The notes: generated by a model not told the origin, from the sequence alone. A stretch of DNA of 64,000 bases from Malacoraja senta (GCA_038087875.1 CM075987.1:26910001-26974000), one strand, 5' to 3'; numbered from the stretch's first letter, positions 22,900 through 35,440 are shown. A program made the numbers and translations.

Positions 22900-23172
22900 G
22901 AGATTTAATAGGAACCTGAGGGGTAAACTTTTCACACAGAGGGTGGTGGATGTATAGAACGAGCTGCCGGAGGAGGTAGTTGAGGCAGGGACTATCCCAA
23001 CATTTAACAAACAGTTATACAGGTACATGGATAGGATGTGTTTAGTGGGATATGGGCCTAATGCAGGCAGGTGGGACTAGTGTAGATTGGACATGCCAGA
23101 CAATATAGACAAGTTGGGCTGTAGGGCTTGTTTCCACACTGTAAGACTCTATGACTCTCTCTATGACTCTAT
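22900..23172 (+). mobile_element. CR1 3' fragment
   Basis: RFNRNLRGKLFTQRVVDV..; (ctatgact) tail. Confidence 0.75.
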
Positions 23173-23374
23173 AGAATAAAACTATCGTTATGAACCTAGC
23201 TTCAACTGCTCTTTTGATATGTAGTTGAAATGTCAAGCATAAATCTTGAATTATCATGTGTAAATTAATGAGATATACAGAAGCAGTTAGTGATTTTGAA
23301 GTGCCAATAAAAATATACATTTGCGATCAGTTATCCCACTAATTGGACTAATCCCACCAATCCCACGATGTGGA

Positions 23375-23885
23375 GATGATGTTTGCACCAGTGGGAGAGT
23401 CTAGGACTTGGGGGCCACAGCTTCAGAGTAAGAAGACGTTCCTTCAGAGAGACGAGGAGGAATTTCTTTCAATAGACAATAGGCAATAGGTGCAGGAGTA
23501 GGCCATTCGGCCCTACGAGTCAGCACCGCCATTCAATGTGATCATGGCTGATCATCCCCAATCAGTACCCCATTCCTGCCTTCTCCCCATATCCTGTGAC
23601 TGCACTATCTTTAAGAGCCCAATCTAGCTCTCTCTTGAATGTATCCAGTATTTCGTCAGAGGGTGGTGAATCTGTGGAATTCATTGCCACAGAAGGCTGT
23701 GGAGGCCAAGTCAATGGATATTTTTAAGGTGGAGATTGATAGGTTCTTGATTAGTACGGGTGTCAGGGGTAATGGGGAGAAGGCAGGAGAATGGGGTTAG
23801 GAGGAAGAGATAGTTCAGCCATGATTGAATGCCGGAGTAAACTTAATGGGCCGAATGGCCAACATTTAGCTCCTATCACTTACAA
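23375..23885 (+). mobile_element. CR1 3' fragment with a nested opposite-strand CR1 3'UTR (~23470-23648)
   Basis: ggaggaatttcttt...tcagagggtggtgaatctgtggaattc split by a caatagacaatagg.. fragment. Confidence 0.75.
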
Positions 23886-23930
23886 AGAAAGCTTTTTACT
23901 GTACCTCGGCACTAAACTAAACTAAGGAAA

Positions 23931-24130
23931 NNNNNNNNNNNNNNNNNNNNNNNNNNNNNNNNNNNNNNNNNNNNNNNNNNNNNNNNNNNNNNNNNNNNNN
24001 NNNNNNNNNNNNNNNNNNNNNNNNNNNNNNNNNNNNNNNNNNNNNNNNNNNNNNNNNNNNNNNNNNNNNNNNNNNNNNNNNNNNNNNNNNNNNNNNNNNN
24101 NNNNNNNNNNNNNNNNNNNNNNNNNNNNNN
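23931..24130. other. assembly gap (200 N)
   Basis: N run. Confidence 1.
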
Positions 24131-24287
24131 ATATTGATACCAATGGGGTGTAAGCTGCCCAAGCGAAATATGAGATGCTGTTCCTCCAATTTGCGATTAG
24201 CCTCACTCTGACAGTGGAGGAGGCCCAGGACAGAAAGGTCAGTGTGGGAATGGGAGGGGGAATTAAAGTGTTTGGCAACCGGAGATC
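24131..24287 (-). mobile_element. Penelope GIY-YIG endonuclease C-terminal fragment
   Basis: ..LEEQHLIFRLGSLHPIGIN. Confidence 0.8.
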
Positions 24288-24640
24288 ATTTGTGAATGCA
24301 GTATCTCTCTGTGACGGCCATTGCAACATTAGGTATCCCATTCCCGCAAGTGTACAGAGGCTGCCTTTGATGAAAGTGTTTGCTTTTAGGCTTGGTTTTG
24401 TTCAAAGCTGCTTTTCATCTGTGGGAGATTTGATCCGAGCCTCTGGAAACGCTATTTCCTTGATGACCGAGATGAGACATTAAAGTTCTGTAATGCACAC
24501 TTATTTTTCTTGGAAAATTCTTTTGAAAGAATTTCAAAGAAAATTATTTTAAAGAATTTGCAACAATCTTTCCTGCAGCTTGATGTATTTTCATGGATTG
24601 CGATCAGGTCAACTCATTGAAAGCTGAGGTTTTACAGGAT

Positions 24641-25014
24641 AGAGGGAGGGAGAGGGAGAGGTGGGGGGGTGAGGGAGGGGAAGTGTGGGGGGGGGAGAGG
24701 AGGAGGGGGGAGTGAGAGAGAGATGGGGAGAGGGAGAGAGCGATGGGGAGAGGGAGAGAGATGAAAGGAGGTGAGAGAGGAGGGGGGAGAGAGGGGGAGA
24801 TAGAGAGAGGGGGAGAGGAAAAGAGGGAGGGAGATGGGGTGAGAGAGATGGGGAGAGAGAGAGGGAGGGGGGCTGAGAGATAGAAGGGGAGAGGGAGAGA
24901 GGGAGGGGGAATGTGAGAGAGGGGGAGGTAACACGGAGAGATGGGGAGTGAGAGCGAGAGTGAGTGAGAGGGGGAGAGAGACGCGGGGAGAAAGTGGGGG
25001 GAAGGGGGGAAGGA
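24641..25014 (+). repeat. polypurine (G/A) low-complexity tract, ~375 bp
   Basis: Almost exclusively G and A on the + strand. Confidence 0.9.
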
Positions 25015-25307
25015 AAATATATGGTTTTGAAATCAATTTTCCTTTAATAAATTGAATATTCGCTATGCTCGATGTTCTACTTCTTCAGTCAGTAATGACA
25101 TAGCGTCTACTGCAGAATGGTAAAGGCATCTCTAAATGTGTGTGGGAATCAGCTGTTAATTGTAAACAATTCTCTGTGTGAGGTTTGAAATATAACACGA
25201 AGATATGAATGGATTAGCTGTGTATATATTTTTTTCAAAATTGAATCAGCCATTCGTAAAAAAAAAGATTCACGGTGAATGTACAGGCATTCTGTCACCA
25301 CCCACTG

Positions 25308-25555
25308 GTTTAGTTTAGAGATACAGCATGGAAACAGGCCCTTCGGCCCATCAGGTCCGCGCCGACCAGCGATCCCCGCACACTAACACTACACTACGCA
25401 CACTAGGGACAATTTACATTTATACCCAAGCCAATTAACCTACAAACCTGTACGTCTTTGGAGTGTGGGAGGAAACCGAAGATCTCGGAGAAAACCCACG
25501 CACAGGTCACGGGGAGAACGTTCAAACTCCGTACAGACGGCACCCCGTGGTCGGG
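25308..25555 (-). mobile_element. HE1-like V-SINE (partial)
   Basis: Tail and V-domain. Confidence 0.8.
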
Positions 25556-25925
25556 CAGTATCGCTGGAGAAAAAGTATAGGTGACGCTTTGGGTCGAGAC
25601 CCTTCTTCGGACTGAGAGTCAGGGGAAAGGGAACCGAGAGATATAGACTGTGATGCAGAGAGATACAGAACAAATGAATGAAAGATATGCAAAAAGGTAT
25701 CGATGATCAAGGAAAGGTGGAGCCCACAATGGTCCATTGCTGGCTGTGTGGTCGGTGATAGCGAGTGCTACGGAGCTTGACTGGGTTAAAAGGTGGCCAT
25801 GGAGTCGGAGAGCAGGAGGAAGCGCAGAGGGGGAGGAGTGAGAGAGCGTGTCTGTGCAGCTTCAGTCTGCGATACATTGGCATATTTTGAATTTAACACG
25901 TCATTCAACAAAGTATTCTACAGCT

Positions 25926-26243
25926 GGGCGGCACGGTAGCGCAGCGGTAGAGTTGCTGCCTTACAGCGAATGCAGCGCCGGAGACCCGGGTTCGATCCCG
26001 ACCACAGGTGCTGTCTGTACGGAGTTTGTACGTTCTCCCCGTGACCTGCGTGGGTTTTCTCCGAGATCTTCGGTTTCCTCCCACACTCCAAAGACGCGCA
26101 GGTTTGTAGGTAAATTGGTTTGGTATAAATGTAAATTGTCCTTAGTGTGTGTAGGATAGTGTTAATGTGCGGGGATCGCTGTTCGGCGCGGACCCGGTGG
26201 GCCGAATGGGCCCTGTTTACGCGCTGTATCTCTAAACTAAACC
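25926..26243 (+). mobile_element. HE1-like V-SINE, full length
   Basis: A-box, B-box ggttcgatccc, V-domain, tail. Confidence 0.9.
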
Positions 26244-26740
26244 TCCTTTGTCAGGTGGTCTGGAGCAGGGGTCAGAGAATCAGTTTGCTTTCAATCAGTC
26301 TCCGTTACTCAGCTGTGTGGGATGCAGTTTAGCCTTTGCCCTGAATTCAGGTTTGACTCGACACCGAAGATGAAGCCTAACGGAATGGTTACCATGGTTA
26401 CAACACCTACAGCAAACCAATGTCCATCCACCGGACCCTAGAACAGAATTGGCAAGGGGATGGTGAGTGATTACTGCGTTTAATTAAAACTCACGGTTAT
26501 TAATGTCTCATTTGTGAGACTCGTGCAACTGAAATAAAGTGTTAAGGGGTTTTCATTTACATCATTGACCTGTCGGCGACAAACTGATGTCTACAGCAGG
26601 AGGGCCCGATACATTAGTCACCAGGTACGCGAGACTAATTGGGAATCGAGATCTGGCTAATTGCATTTCTAATCAGTAAATGAGAAGCGAATAACAGCCA
26701 CCATCAATGCTTTGAATTTGCAAAGCACTACACAGCTGCA

Positions 26741-26768
26741 CTGAAGAAGGGTCTCGACCCGAAACGTC
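26741..26768 (+). ncRNA. minimal hammerhead ribozyme-like motif (Penelope pLTR A)
   Basis: CTGAAGA A GGGTC TC GACCC GAAACGTC. Confidence 0.55.
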
Positions 26769-26812
26769 ACCCATTCCTTCTCCCCAGAGATGGTGCCCGT
26801 CCCGCTGAGTTA

Positions 26813-27212
26813 TGGGCCTGTCCCACTTAGGCTATTTTTAGGCGACTGCCATAGTTGTTGCAGGTCTCCGAAAAAACGGAGACTGGACCCCCCCTTCAAC
26901 ATCAAATTTGAAATAGAATCATTACTTTAACAACAGTACCAGCGACAACCTACATTAATCTGGCGACAACCTACGACAGCATCTACGTCAGGAGAAGTCA
27001 AGCTACGCTCATTGGCGTCAAACCCACTGTCGGCGATTGGCGGCGAAAATTTTAAACATGTTGAAAATCCAGCGGCGACCAGAAGGAAGCTACGACACTT
27101 TGGGCGACTGAGGAGACGACTCACGACCGTACAGGCGACACCCCGACGACCATGTGACGACAGCCTAGTCGCCTGTAGTCACCTAAAAAATCGCCTAAGT
27201 GGGACAGGCCCA
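26813..27212. mobile_element. PIF/Harbinger-type MITE in a Penelope pLTR
   Basis: TIR tgggcctgtcccacttaggc / gcctaagtgggacaggccca; 3-bp TTA TSD (26810-26812 / 27213-27215) restores gctgagTTActccagc. Confidence 0.85.
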
Positions 27213-27326
27213 TTACTCCAGCACTATGTGTCTCTCTTTACTTGATTGTCACATGTACCTCGACACAGCACAATATCTTTGTTTTACATACAATTCAGTC
27301 AAATAACTCTAGATAAACACAATCAG

Positions 27327-27636
27327 GGCTGCACGGTGCTGCAGTGGTGGAGTTGCCATCTTACAGTGCCACAGACCCGGGTTTGATCTTAACTATGTGT
27401 GCTGTCTGTACGGAGCTTGTACGTTCTCACCGGGACCTGTGCGGTTTTTGTCCAGGAACAATTTTCGCCCACACTCCAAAGACGTGCAGGTTTTATTGGT
27501 TAATTGGCTTTAGTAAAATTGTAAATTGTCCCCAGTGTGTGTAGGATAGTGTTAGTGTGTGGGGATCGGCGCAGACTCGGTGGGCTCAAGGGCCTGTTTC
27601 TGCGCTGTATCTCCAAACTAAACTAAACTAAACTAA
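27327..27636 (+). mobile_element. HE1-like V-SINE
   Basis: Diverged full-length copy. Confidence 0.8.
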
Positions 27637-27706
27637 ATGACATATTAAACTGAGATTCCATCTGACCATTTTGGTGGACGGTAAAACATTCCTAACTTAA
27701 GGGTGT

Positions 27707-28358
27707 AGTTTAGCTTCGAGATACAGCGCGGAAACAGGCCCTTCAGCCCTCTGAGTCTGCGCCGACCAGCGATCCCCGCACATTAACACTATCCTACACA
27801 CACTAGGGCCAATTCTTTACATTTACACCAAGCCAATTAACCTACAAACATGTCCGTCTTTGGAGTGTGGGAGGAAACCGAAGATCTCGGAGAAAACCCA
27901 CGCAGGTGACGGGGAGAAGGTACAAACTCCATACAGACAGCACCCGTAGTCATAGACGTTGACGTGGATAAGCTTTTTCCATTGAGAGTAGCGAAGATTC
28001 AAACAAGAGGACATGGTTTGAGAATTAAGGGACAGAAGTTTAGGAGTAACATGAGGGGGAACTTCTTTACTCAGAGAGTGGTAGCTGTGTGGAATGAGCT
28101 TCCAGTGGAAGTGGTGGAGGCTGGTTCGATTTTATCGTTTAAAAATAAATTGGTAGGTATATGGGCGGGAAAGGAATGGAGGGTTATGGTCTGAGTGCAG
28201 GTAGATGGGACTAGGTGAGAGTAAGTGTTCGGCACGGACTAGAAGGGCCGAGATGGCCTGTTTCCGTGCTGTAATTGTTATATGGTTATATGGTTATATG
28301 AACCCGGGTCTCTGGCGCTGTGAGGCAGCAACTCTACCGCTGCGCCACTGTGCCGCCC
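27707..28358 (-). mobile_element. HE1-like V-SINE interrupted by a plus-strand CR1 3' fragment (~27953-28299)
   Basis: ORF 27964..28194 is a CR1 C-terminus with (tatggtta) tail; SINE head resumes at 28300. Confidence 0.8.
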
Positions 28359-28396
28359 CTAACTATTACATAAAGACGAGAATAAGATTTATCCTT

Positions 28397-29679
28397 GGCA
28401 CCCAGGCCAATAGTGGACCATGGTATCTTAATATCTCGGTTACAGCACCTAGTGGGCATCTGTGGCAGTGCCCTGGGATGGTTCAGGTCCTATCTGGCAG
28501 ACAGAACCATGTGTGTAAGCCTTGCTGGTTTTGAATCCTTCTCCGCTCCTCTGTCATATGGGGTTCCACAGGGCTCAATTTTAGGGCCCCTGCTTTTCTC
28601 ACTATACTTACTTCCTCTGGGCTCCATTCTTAGAAAGCATGGCATCTCTTTTCATTGTTATGCTGATGATAGACAACTATATATACTGCTGAGGAAGGAA
28701 GACGCCTTTTCTGTCAAATCACTTCTGTCATGTCTTGAGGACATTAAGTCCTGGATGGCCCTAAACTTTCTAGGATTTAATGAAAAGAAGACAGAGGTGA
28801 TATTGTTTGGGCCCCAATGGCTGCCGTGAACCTCCCCTTGTTGACTTGGGTCCACTGGCACGGTACGTGAAGCCAACAGTTTTGAACCTAGGTTTTAGGA
28901 TGGACAGTGATTTTAAATTAGATCATGAAATAGGCGCGGTGGTTACGTCCAGCTTCTTTCACCTAAGGAAGCTGGCAAAGGTGAAGCCCATTCTCGAGCG
29001 GCAGCATTTTGAAACAGTAATCCATGCCTTTATTACATCTAGGCTGGATTACTGTAACGCACTCTATTTTGGAGTTGCACGATCTTCACTGGCTCGTCTC
29101 CAGTTGGTTCAAAATGCTGCTGCTCGCCTTTTAACTGGAACTCGAAAGAGGGAGCACATAACGCCAATTCTGGCCTCCCTCCACTGGCTCCCGGTGCACT
29201 TCCGAGTTCATTTTTAAATTCTTTTATTTGCTTTTAAATCTCTAAATGGGCTCGCCCCGCCTTACCTCTCTGAACTGCTCCACCCATACGCTCCTGCCCG
29301 GTGCCTCAGGTCAGCTGATCAGCTGCTCCTGGAGGTACCGAGGTCTAAGCGAAAGCTCAGAGGGGATAGAGCCTTCTCTGTTGCTGCTCCGGCACTCTGG
29401 AACACCCTGCCGTTGCACATCAGACAGGCCCCCTCACTGTCCATCTTCAAAACCAGTATTAAAACACATTTATATTCCTTGGCTTTTGACACTGCTTGAG
29501 ACTTTGCTCCTGTTTTTAGTGCTTTTAATGTTTTTAATTTTATTGTTTTTACTCTTTCGTTTAATGTTTTTATTGTTATGTAATAATTTCTTGTCCATGA
29601 TTAGTCATGTACAGTACTTTGTTGCAACTGTGGTTGTTTTAAAGTGCTCTATAAATAAAGTCATTATTATAGTTATTAT
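28397..29679 (+). mobile_element. L2 LINE, 5'-truncated, frameshifted RT/C-terminal region
   Basis: VDHGILISRL..GVPQGSILGPLLFSLY..HCYADD..SRLDYCN..HITPILASLHWLPV; L2-type end aaagtgctctataaataaag; 10-bp TSD atttatcctt at 28387-28396 / 29680-29689. Confidence 0.92.
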
Positions 29680-30175
29680 ATTTATCCTTCTCCTAATTTC
29701 AGTGATCATTTATTGCAATGTTATCCATAGGCGCTGACTGTGTGTGGATCGGATGTCTGGCCTCTTGCATCACTGTAGTAAATACATGACGAAGTATTTC
29801 ATCAGCTGAAGGGCACTTTAGAACATACTGTCATGATAAACGCTAAATAAATGCCTGTTCCCTTCTACTGCGTACAGGCAATGTATTACACCTGCGATTG
29901 CTCTTCCAATCTGACTTATTTCCAGAAGTTTACAAATGGTTAGAGATTTTTTAAAAATAAAATAGACGGCATGCTTAAATAAACGATTTGCCATTTTTAC
30001 TGCACAATATAGAGATATATTTATATTCAAGTTATACTGGCACCTAAAATATCAGCACCACTCCACAATAATAATGGGCCTTTAGTCGCGAGGAGAACCT
30101 TTGGCAAGTTGTGGCAATGCATTTGAGACGTCACCATCGGGACACTCCAGCAGTGTTAATGCATTAGCTGTACGT

Positions 30176-30783
30176 GGGCAGCAGGGAGGCGCAGCGGTAG
30201 AGTTGCTGCCTCACAGCGCCAGATACCCGGGTTCGATCCTGACTACGGGTGCTGTCTGTACGGTGCTTGTGCGTTTACTTTAATTTAGAGATACAGCGCG
30301 GTGACAGGCCCCTCGGCCCATCGGGTCAGTGCCGACCAGCGATCCCTGCAAACTAACACTATCCTGCACACACTAGGGATAATTTACATTTATACCAAGC
30401 CAATTATAACTTGCAAACCTGCACGTCTTTGGAGTGTGGGGGGAAGCCGGAGCACCCGGAGAAAACCCACGCAGGTCACGGGGAGAACGTACAAACTCCG
30501 TACAGACAGCACCCGTAGTCAGGATCGAACCTGGGTCTCTGACGGCAGCAACTCTACCGCTGCGCCGCCGTGCCCCCATGTGGCCGCGTGGGTTTTCTCC
30601 GGGTGCTCTGGCTTCCTCCCACACTTCAAAGACGTGCTGGTTTGTAGGTTAATTGGCTTTGGTATAAATGTAAATTGTCTCTAGTGTATGTGGGACCTGC
30701 GTTAATGTGCGGGGATCGCAGGTCGGCGCGGACTCAGTGGGCCGTAGGGCCTGTTTCCGCGATGCATCACTAAAGTCTAAAGT
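30176..30783. mobile_element. nested HE1-like SINEs: plus copy split by a minus copy (~30280-30575)
   Basis: Head on +, full copy on -, remainder on +. Confidence 0.8.
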
Positions 30784-31206
30784 CACAGAAATTCACAATG
30801 TGTGGAGGTTTGTGGCAAGTGCTATCAGGAGTGCTGGAGCAGGCAGATATATATAAAAGGCTTTATTATGCAATGGACAAAACATATTGGATCATGTGCA
30901 GGCACGGTTAGCATAACTTTGCATCATGCTCAGCACAAACATTGTGGGAGGAAGGGCCTGTTCCTACGTTGTACTGCTCTGTGCTCTGTGTAAAATTCCT
31001 GGTTTATAATAACCTTTATAATTTTGAGCAACTAAAATTAAAATTGAGGAGTGTAGGAAGGAACTGCAGATGCTGATTTACACCGAAGATAGACACAAAA
31101 TGCTGGAGCAACTCAGCGGGACAGGCAGCATCTCTGGAGAGAAGGAATGGGTGACGTTTCAGGTCCAGACCCTTCTTCAGACTGACACGACCTGAAACGT
31201 CATCCA

Positions 31207-31633
31207 TTAGACGCTAGAATTTAGGAGATTGAGGGGGGATCTTATAGAAACGTACAAAATTCTTATGGGGTTGGACAGGCTAGATGCAGGAAGATTGTTC
31301 CCGATGTTGGGGAAGTCCAGAACAAGGGGTCACAGGCTTAAGGATAAGGGGGAAATCCTTTAAGACCGAGATGAGGAAAAACTTTTTCACACAGAGAGTG
31401 GTGAATCTGTGGAATTCTCTGCCACAGAGGGTAGTTGAGGCCAGTTCATTGGCTATATTTAAGAGGGAGTTAGATGTGGCCCTTGTGGCTAAAGGGATCA
31501 GGGGGTATGGAGAGAAGGCAGGTACGGGATACTGAGTTGGATGATCAGCCATGATCATATTGAATGGCGGTGCAGGCTCGAAGGGCCGAATGGCCTACTC
31601 CTGCACCTATTTTCTATGTATCTATGTATCTAT
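31207..31633 (+). mobile_element. CR1 3' fragment (same family as 9367-12022)
   Basis: LEFRRLRGDLIETYKI..RKNFFTQRVVNLWNSLP..GYGEKAGTGY*. Confidence 0.9.
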
Positions 31634-31869
31634 TCCATCTTTCCTTAAAAATCTGTGGAATTCTTTGTCACAGAAGGCTGTGGAGGCCATGTCAGTGGAT
31701 ATTTCTAAGGCAGAGATAGGTAGATTCTTGATTAGTACGGGTGTCAGGGGTTACGGGGAGAAAGGCAGGAGAATGGGGTTAAGAGGGAGTGTCTAGATCT
31801 AGATGTAGAACGCTGAAAAGCTCTAGGTACAGTATCACTCAGCACTGGATAATTTTATACCGGACAAAT

Positions 31870-32066
31870 TTTACATTTTTACAAGCCAATTAACCTACAA
31901 ACCTGTACGTCTTTGGAGTGTGGGAGGAAACTGAAGATCTCGGAGAAAACCCACGCAGGTCACGGGGAGAACGTACAAACTCCATACAGACAGCACCTGT
32001 AGTCGGGATCGAACCCGGGTCTCTGGCGCTGCATTTTGCTGTAAGGCTGCAACTCTACCGCTGCAC
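31870..32066 (-). mobile_element. HE1-like V-SINE (partial)
   Basis: V-domain and head. Confidence 0.8.
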
Positions 32067-33158
32067 TCCCTTGACTGTAACGTAAGAAGCTAAGCATCCA
32101 ATCCACACACAGGCAGCACCTATAAATAACTCAGAAATAAATAATCACTGACATTAGGAGAAGGATAAATGTTGGCCTGGGCACCAAGGAGAAATGTTTC
32201 TCTTGTCTTTAGATAATAGTTTGGGCAGCATGGTGGCGCAGCGGTAGAGTTGCTGCCTCACAGCGCCAGAGTCCCAGGATCGATCCTGACTACGGGTGCT
32301 GTCTGTACGGAGTTTGTACGTTCTCCCCGTGACCTGCGTGAGTTATCCCCGGGTGCTCCGGTTTCCTCCCACACTCTAAAGACGTACAGGTTGACAGTCA
32401 AAGGTGGATCAGCCATGATTGAATGGCGGAGTAGACGATTGGCCGAATGGCCTAAATCTCCTACTTACGTATCTATGAACTTATAAAGAGACGGTCCTAA
32501 ATAATAGAAATGCATTAATATTGGAGCTCTTTGTAGAAGAGGTGAGAAAAAGAGAACTTTTCTTAGTATTGATCGCTCGGGCTAATAATTGGACCTGTAC
32601 CATCTTGAAAAGTCTTCTTTCTGTGAGCTTTGCTCCATGGTCACATCTCTCTGGATTATAACTGCACTTCAGTGAGCAATGTTATCCGTCATAAATGGTG
32701 TCAGTAGCCTGGTCTGGAAAGATTAGGAAATGGAAGAAGCTCGGTCACTTGGTAAAGATTATTCCCAGTAATCCTCCTCGCATTTAGCCCCACGATACTC
32801 AAGCTAATGGGTATAATGACTGTCGCTGTGATAAATCAGGACTGTGCGTAATCCTGTGCTTGTGATACCGAGGGAGGGAGTTGTGAGACATGGGGAGCAA
32901 CTTGAACCCAAAACATCACCCATTTCCTTCTCTCCAGAGATGCTGCCCGTCCCGTTGAGTCACTCCGGCTTTTTGTGTCTACGTTCGGTTCAAATCATCA
33001 CTTGCCGTTCCTTCCGACACAACTTTTATTTGGAACTGGTTATATGGCAAGAAAATGTGACGGCAACAACATTGTAATTGGATACGGTAGGTACATGGTG
33101 AATTACATAATCATAGTCATCGTAATAATCCCAATCATCATTTATTAGCCAAGTATGT

Positions 33159-33513
33159 TTGGACACGCTAGAGGCAGGACACATGTTCCCGATGTTGGGG
33201 GAGTCCAGAACCAGGGGCCACAGTTTAAGAATAAAGGGTAAGCCATTTAGAACGGAGATGAGGAAACACTTTTTCTCACAGATAATTGTGAGTCTGTGGA
33301 ATTCTCTGCCTCAGAGGGCGGTGGAGGCCGGTTCTCTGGATGCTTTCAAGAGAGAGCTAGATAGGGCTCTTGAAGATAGCGGAGTCAGGGGATATGGGGA
33401 GAAGGCAGGAACGGGGTACTGATTGGGGATGATCAGCCATGATCACATTGAATGGCGGTGCTGGCTCGAGGGGCCGAATGGCCTACTCCTGCACCTATTG
33501 TCTATTGTCTATT
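33159..33513 (+). mobile_element. CR1 3' fragment, (CTATTGT)n tail family
   Basis: ORF 33159..33422; near-copies at 37831, 51098, 59979. Confidence 0.9.
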
Positions 33514-33589
33514 GCAACATACGAGGAGTTTGGTTTGCCGTACAGTCATGCCAAAAAAGGCAACAGAAGGAAGGATGGACAAAATGGAA

Positions 33590-34060
33590 GTATTATTAGG
33601 GTGAACAAATTAATCGGTCGCACGCTATCGCCGCGCCAGTTGTTGCTCCTGCACAGTTCATTGTGGGTGACGGCAACCAACCCGCTCACTGCGCCCGCTG
33701 TGGATCGTGACAGAAGCCTCCTCATGGCGATCCCCGGAAACCACCACACGATGCACTCTGTGACGCGTCGCGGGCGACCAATTCTGTCAACGTGTTGGAC
33801 GACGACAGAAGCCAACAGCGAGCTACACGTCGTCTGACGCACGAGCGAACGAACTGCGCCCGCTCTCAGTGAAAACCCGGCTACAAATGCGAGCGGCATC
33901 GAGTGATTTATCAGCACAGAGTCACGGAACCTTGTTAGGCAGCAAAATATTTTAATGACAGCTTCATCTCATTTAACGCAACAGTGATGTTGGTGAGAGC
34001 GTGTGTGGCCTGGGGAATAATTAGCGCTGAATTAAACCATCATTACGTCAGCCAGGGGCC
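33590..34060. promoter_or_regulatory. CpG-rich unique island, candidate enhancer
   Basis: Unusual CpG density outside recognisable repeats; TGATTTAT (33904-33911) and TGACAG/CTGTCA motifs (33708, 33784, 33956). Confidence 0.3.
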
Positions 34061-35005
34061 ACAGGGCCCAGTTTGTGCCTTGCAGCGATCTGTAACTGGT
34101 CTATCACAACCAACATGAGCTCCCAACTCAAGCTCACCCTCCTCTCCCCTTCATTCTCAGTCTGAAGAAGGGTCTCGACCCAAAACGCCACCCATTCTTC
34201 AGTTTAGTTTACATTAGTTTCGAGACACAGCATGGAAACATGCGGTTCGGCCCACCGAGTCCGCGCCGACCAGCGATCCCCCACACATTTGGAAGCCACC
34301 GTGCTTCCAAATACTTTGGAAATTTAATTATAACCGTTTGACATTTATTTTAAAGGTAATAAATATATATTTGAAAGAAGACAGAGCAATCAGCTTTACT
34401 GAAGATGGGAGTAACGGCCCTTATTTGTTCTCTGGGTTAGGCTGCAAAGACAAACATATGTCTGACAGATGGACAGGAATCTTACCAAGATCATACCCAA
34501 ATGAGAAGAGAAAATATTCTGACAAACTTGGCAAGTAAGCAATGATAATCAGACAAGGGATTCCTTGACATTTATGATACAACTCATGGGTATTCCAGTT
34601 AAACAGAAAATTCAGAAAAGAAAATCAGATGAGTTTGAGTGAAAATAAATGCTGGGGAGAATGAAAATGCAAGATTAGGACAAAATGGGCAGTTTTTGTT
34701 TCCTTGTCAAGAGCTTTTAGAACATAGAAACATAGAATAATAGGTGCAGGAGTAGGCCATTCAGCCCTTGAGCCAGCACCGCCATTCAATATGATCTTGG
34801 CTGGTCATCGAAAATCAGTACCCCGTTCCTGCATTTTCCCCATATCCCTTAATTCCTTTAGCCTGAGGAGCTAAATCTGACTCTCTCTTGAAAACATTCA
34901 GTGAATTGGCCTCCACTGCCTTCTGCAGTTTTATTTAATTTTATTCAATTAAGAAGGGTCTCAACCTGAAACATCACCCATTCCTTCTATCCAGAGATGC
35001 TGCCT

Positions 35006-35440
35006 TTCTGTCCTGGGCCTCCCCCACTGTCAGAGTGAGGCCCAGTGCAAATTGGAGGAACAGCACCTCATATTTCGCTTGGGCAGCTTACACCCCAGCG
35101 GTACGAACATTGACTTATCTTGCTTCAAGTAATAATAATAATAATAGATTTTATTTATATAGCGCTTTTCAGGACTCAAAGTCGCTTAAGTCGCTTAAGT
35201 AGCCCCGGCATTCCCTCTCTCTCCATCCCCTCCCCCTTCCCAGTTCTCCAACCAGTCTTACTGTCTCCGACTACATTCTATCTCTGTCCCGCCCACTCCC
35301 CTGAATCTCAGTCTGAGGAAGGGTCTCGACCCGAAACGTCACCTATTCCTTCACTCCAGAGATGCTGCCTGTCCCGCTGAGTTACTCCAGCATTTTGTGT
35401 CTATCTTCGATTTAAACCAGCATCTGCAGTTCCTTCCCTG
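35006..35440 (+). mobile_element. Penelope 3' end: GIY-YIG C-terminus, 3'UTR and pLTR with hammerhead motif (35313-35340)
   Basis: SVLGLPHCQSEAQCKLEEQHLIFRLGSLHPSG followed on the same strand by CTGAGGA A GGGTCTCGACCC GAAACGTC. Confidence 0.85.

Noticed and set aside
25926..26010. SINE heads as functional tRNA genes
   Set aside because: They have A/B boxes but continue directly into the V-domain and CR1-like tail in ~30 copies; they are SINEs
33439..33917. Overlapping 132-aa and 123-aa ORFs in the CpG-rich island
   Set aside because: One starts in a CR1 3'UTR; no recognisable motifs; open frames are expected in GC-rich DNA
34441..34534. Possible exon (ttag|GCKDKH..KLG|gtaagc)
   Set aside because: Short open frame with plausible splice dinucleotides but no recognisable homology or partner exons; expected by chance
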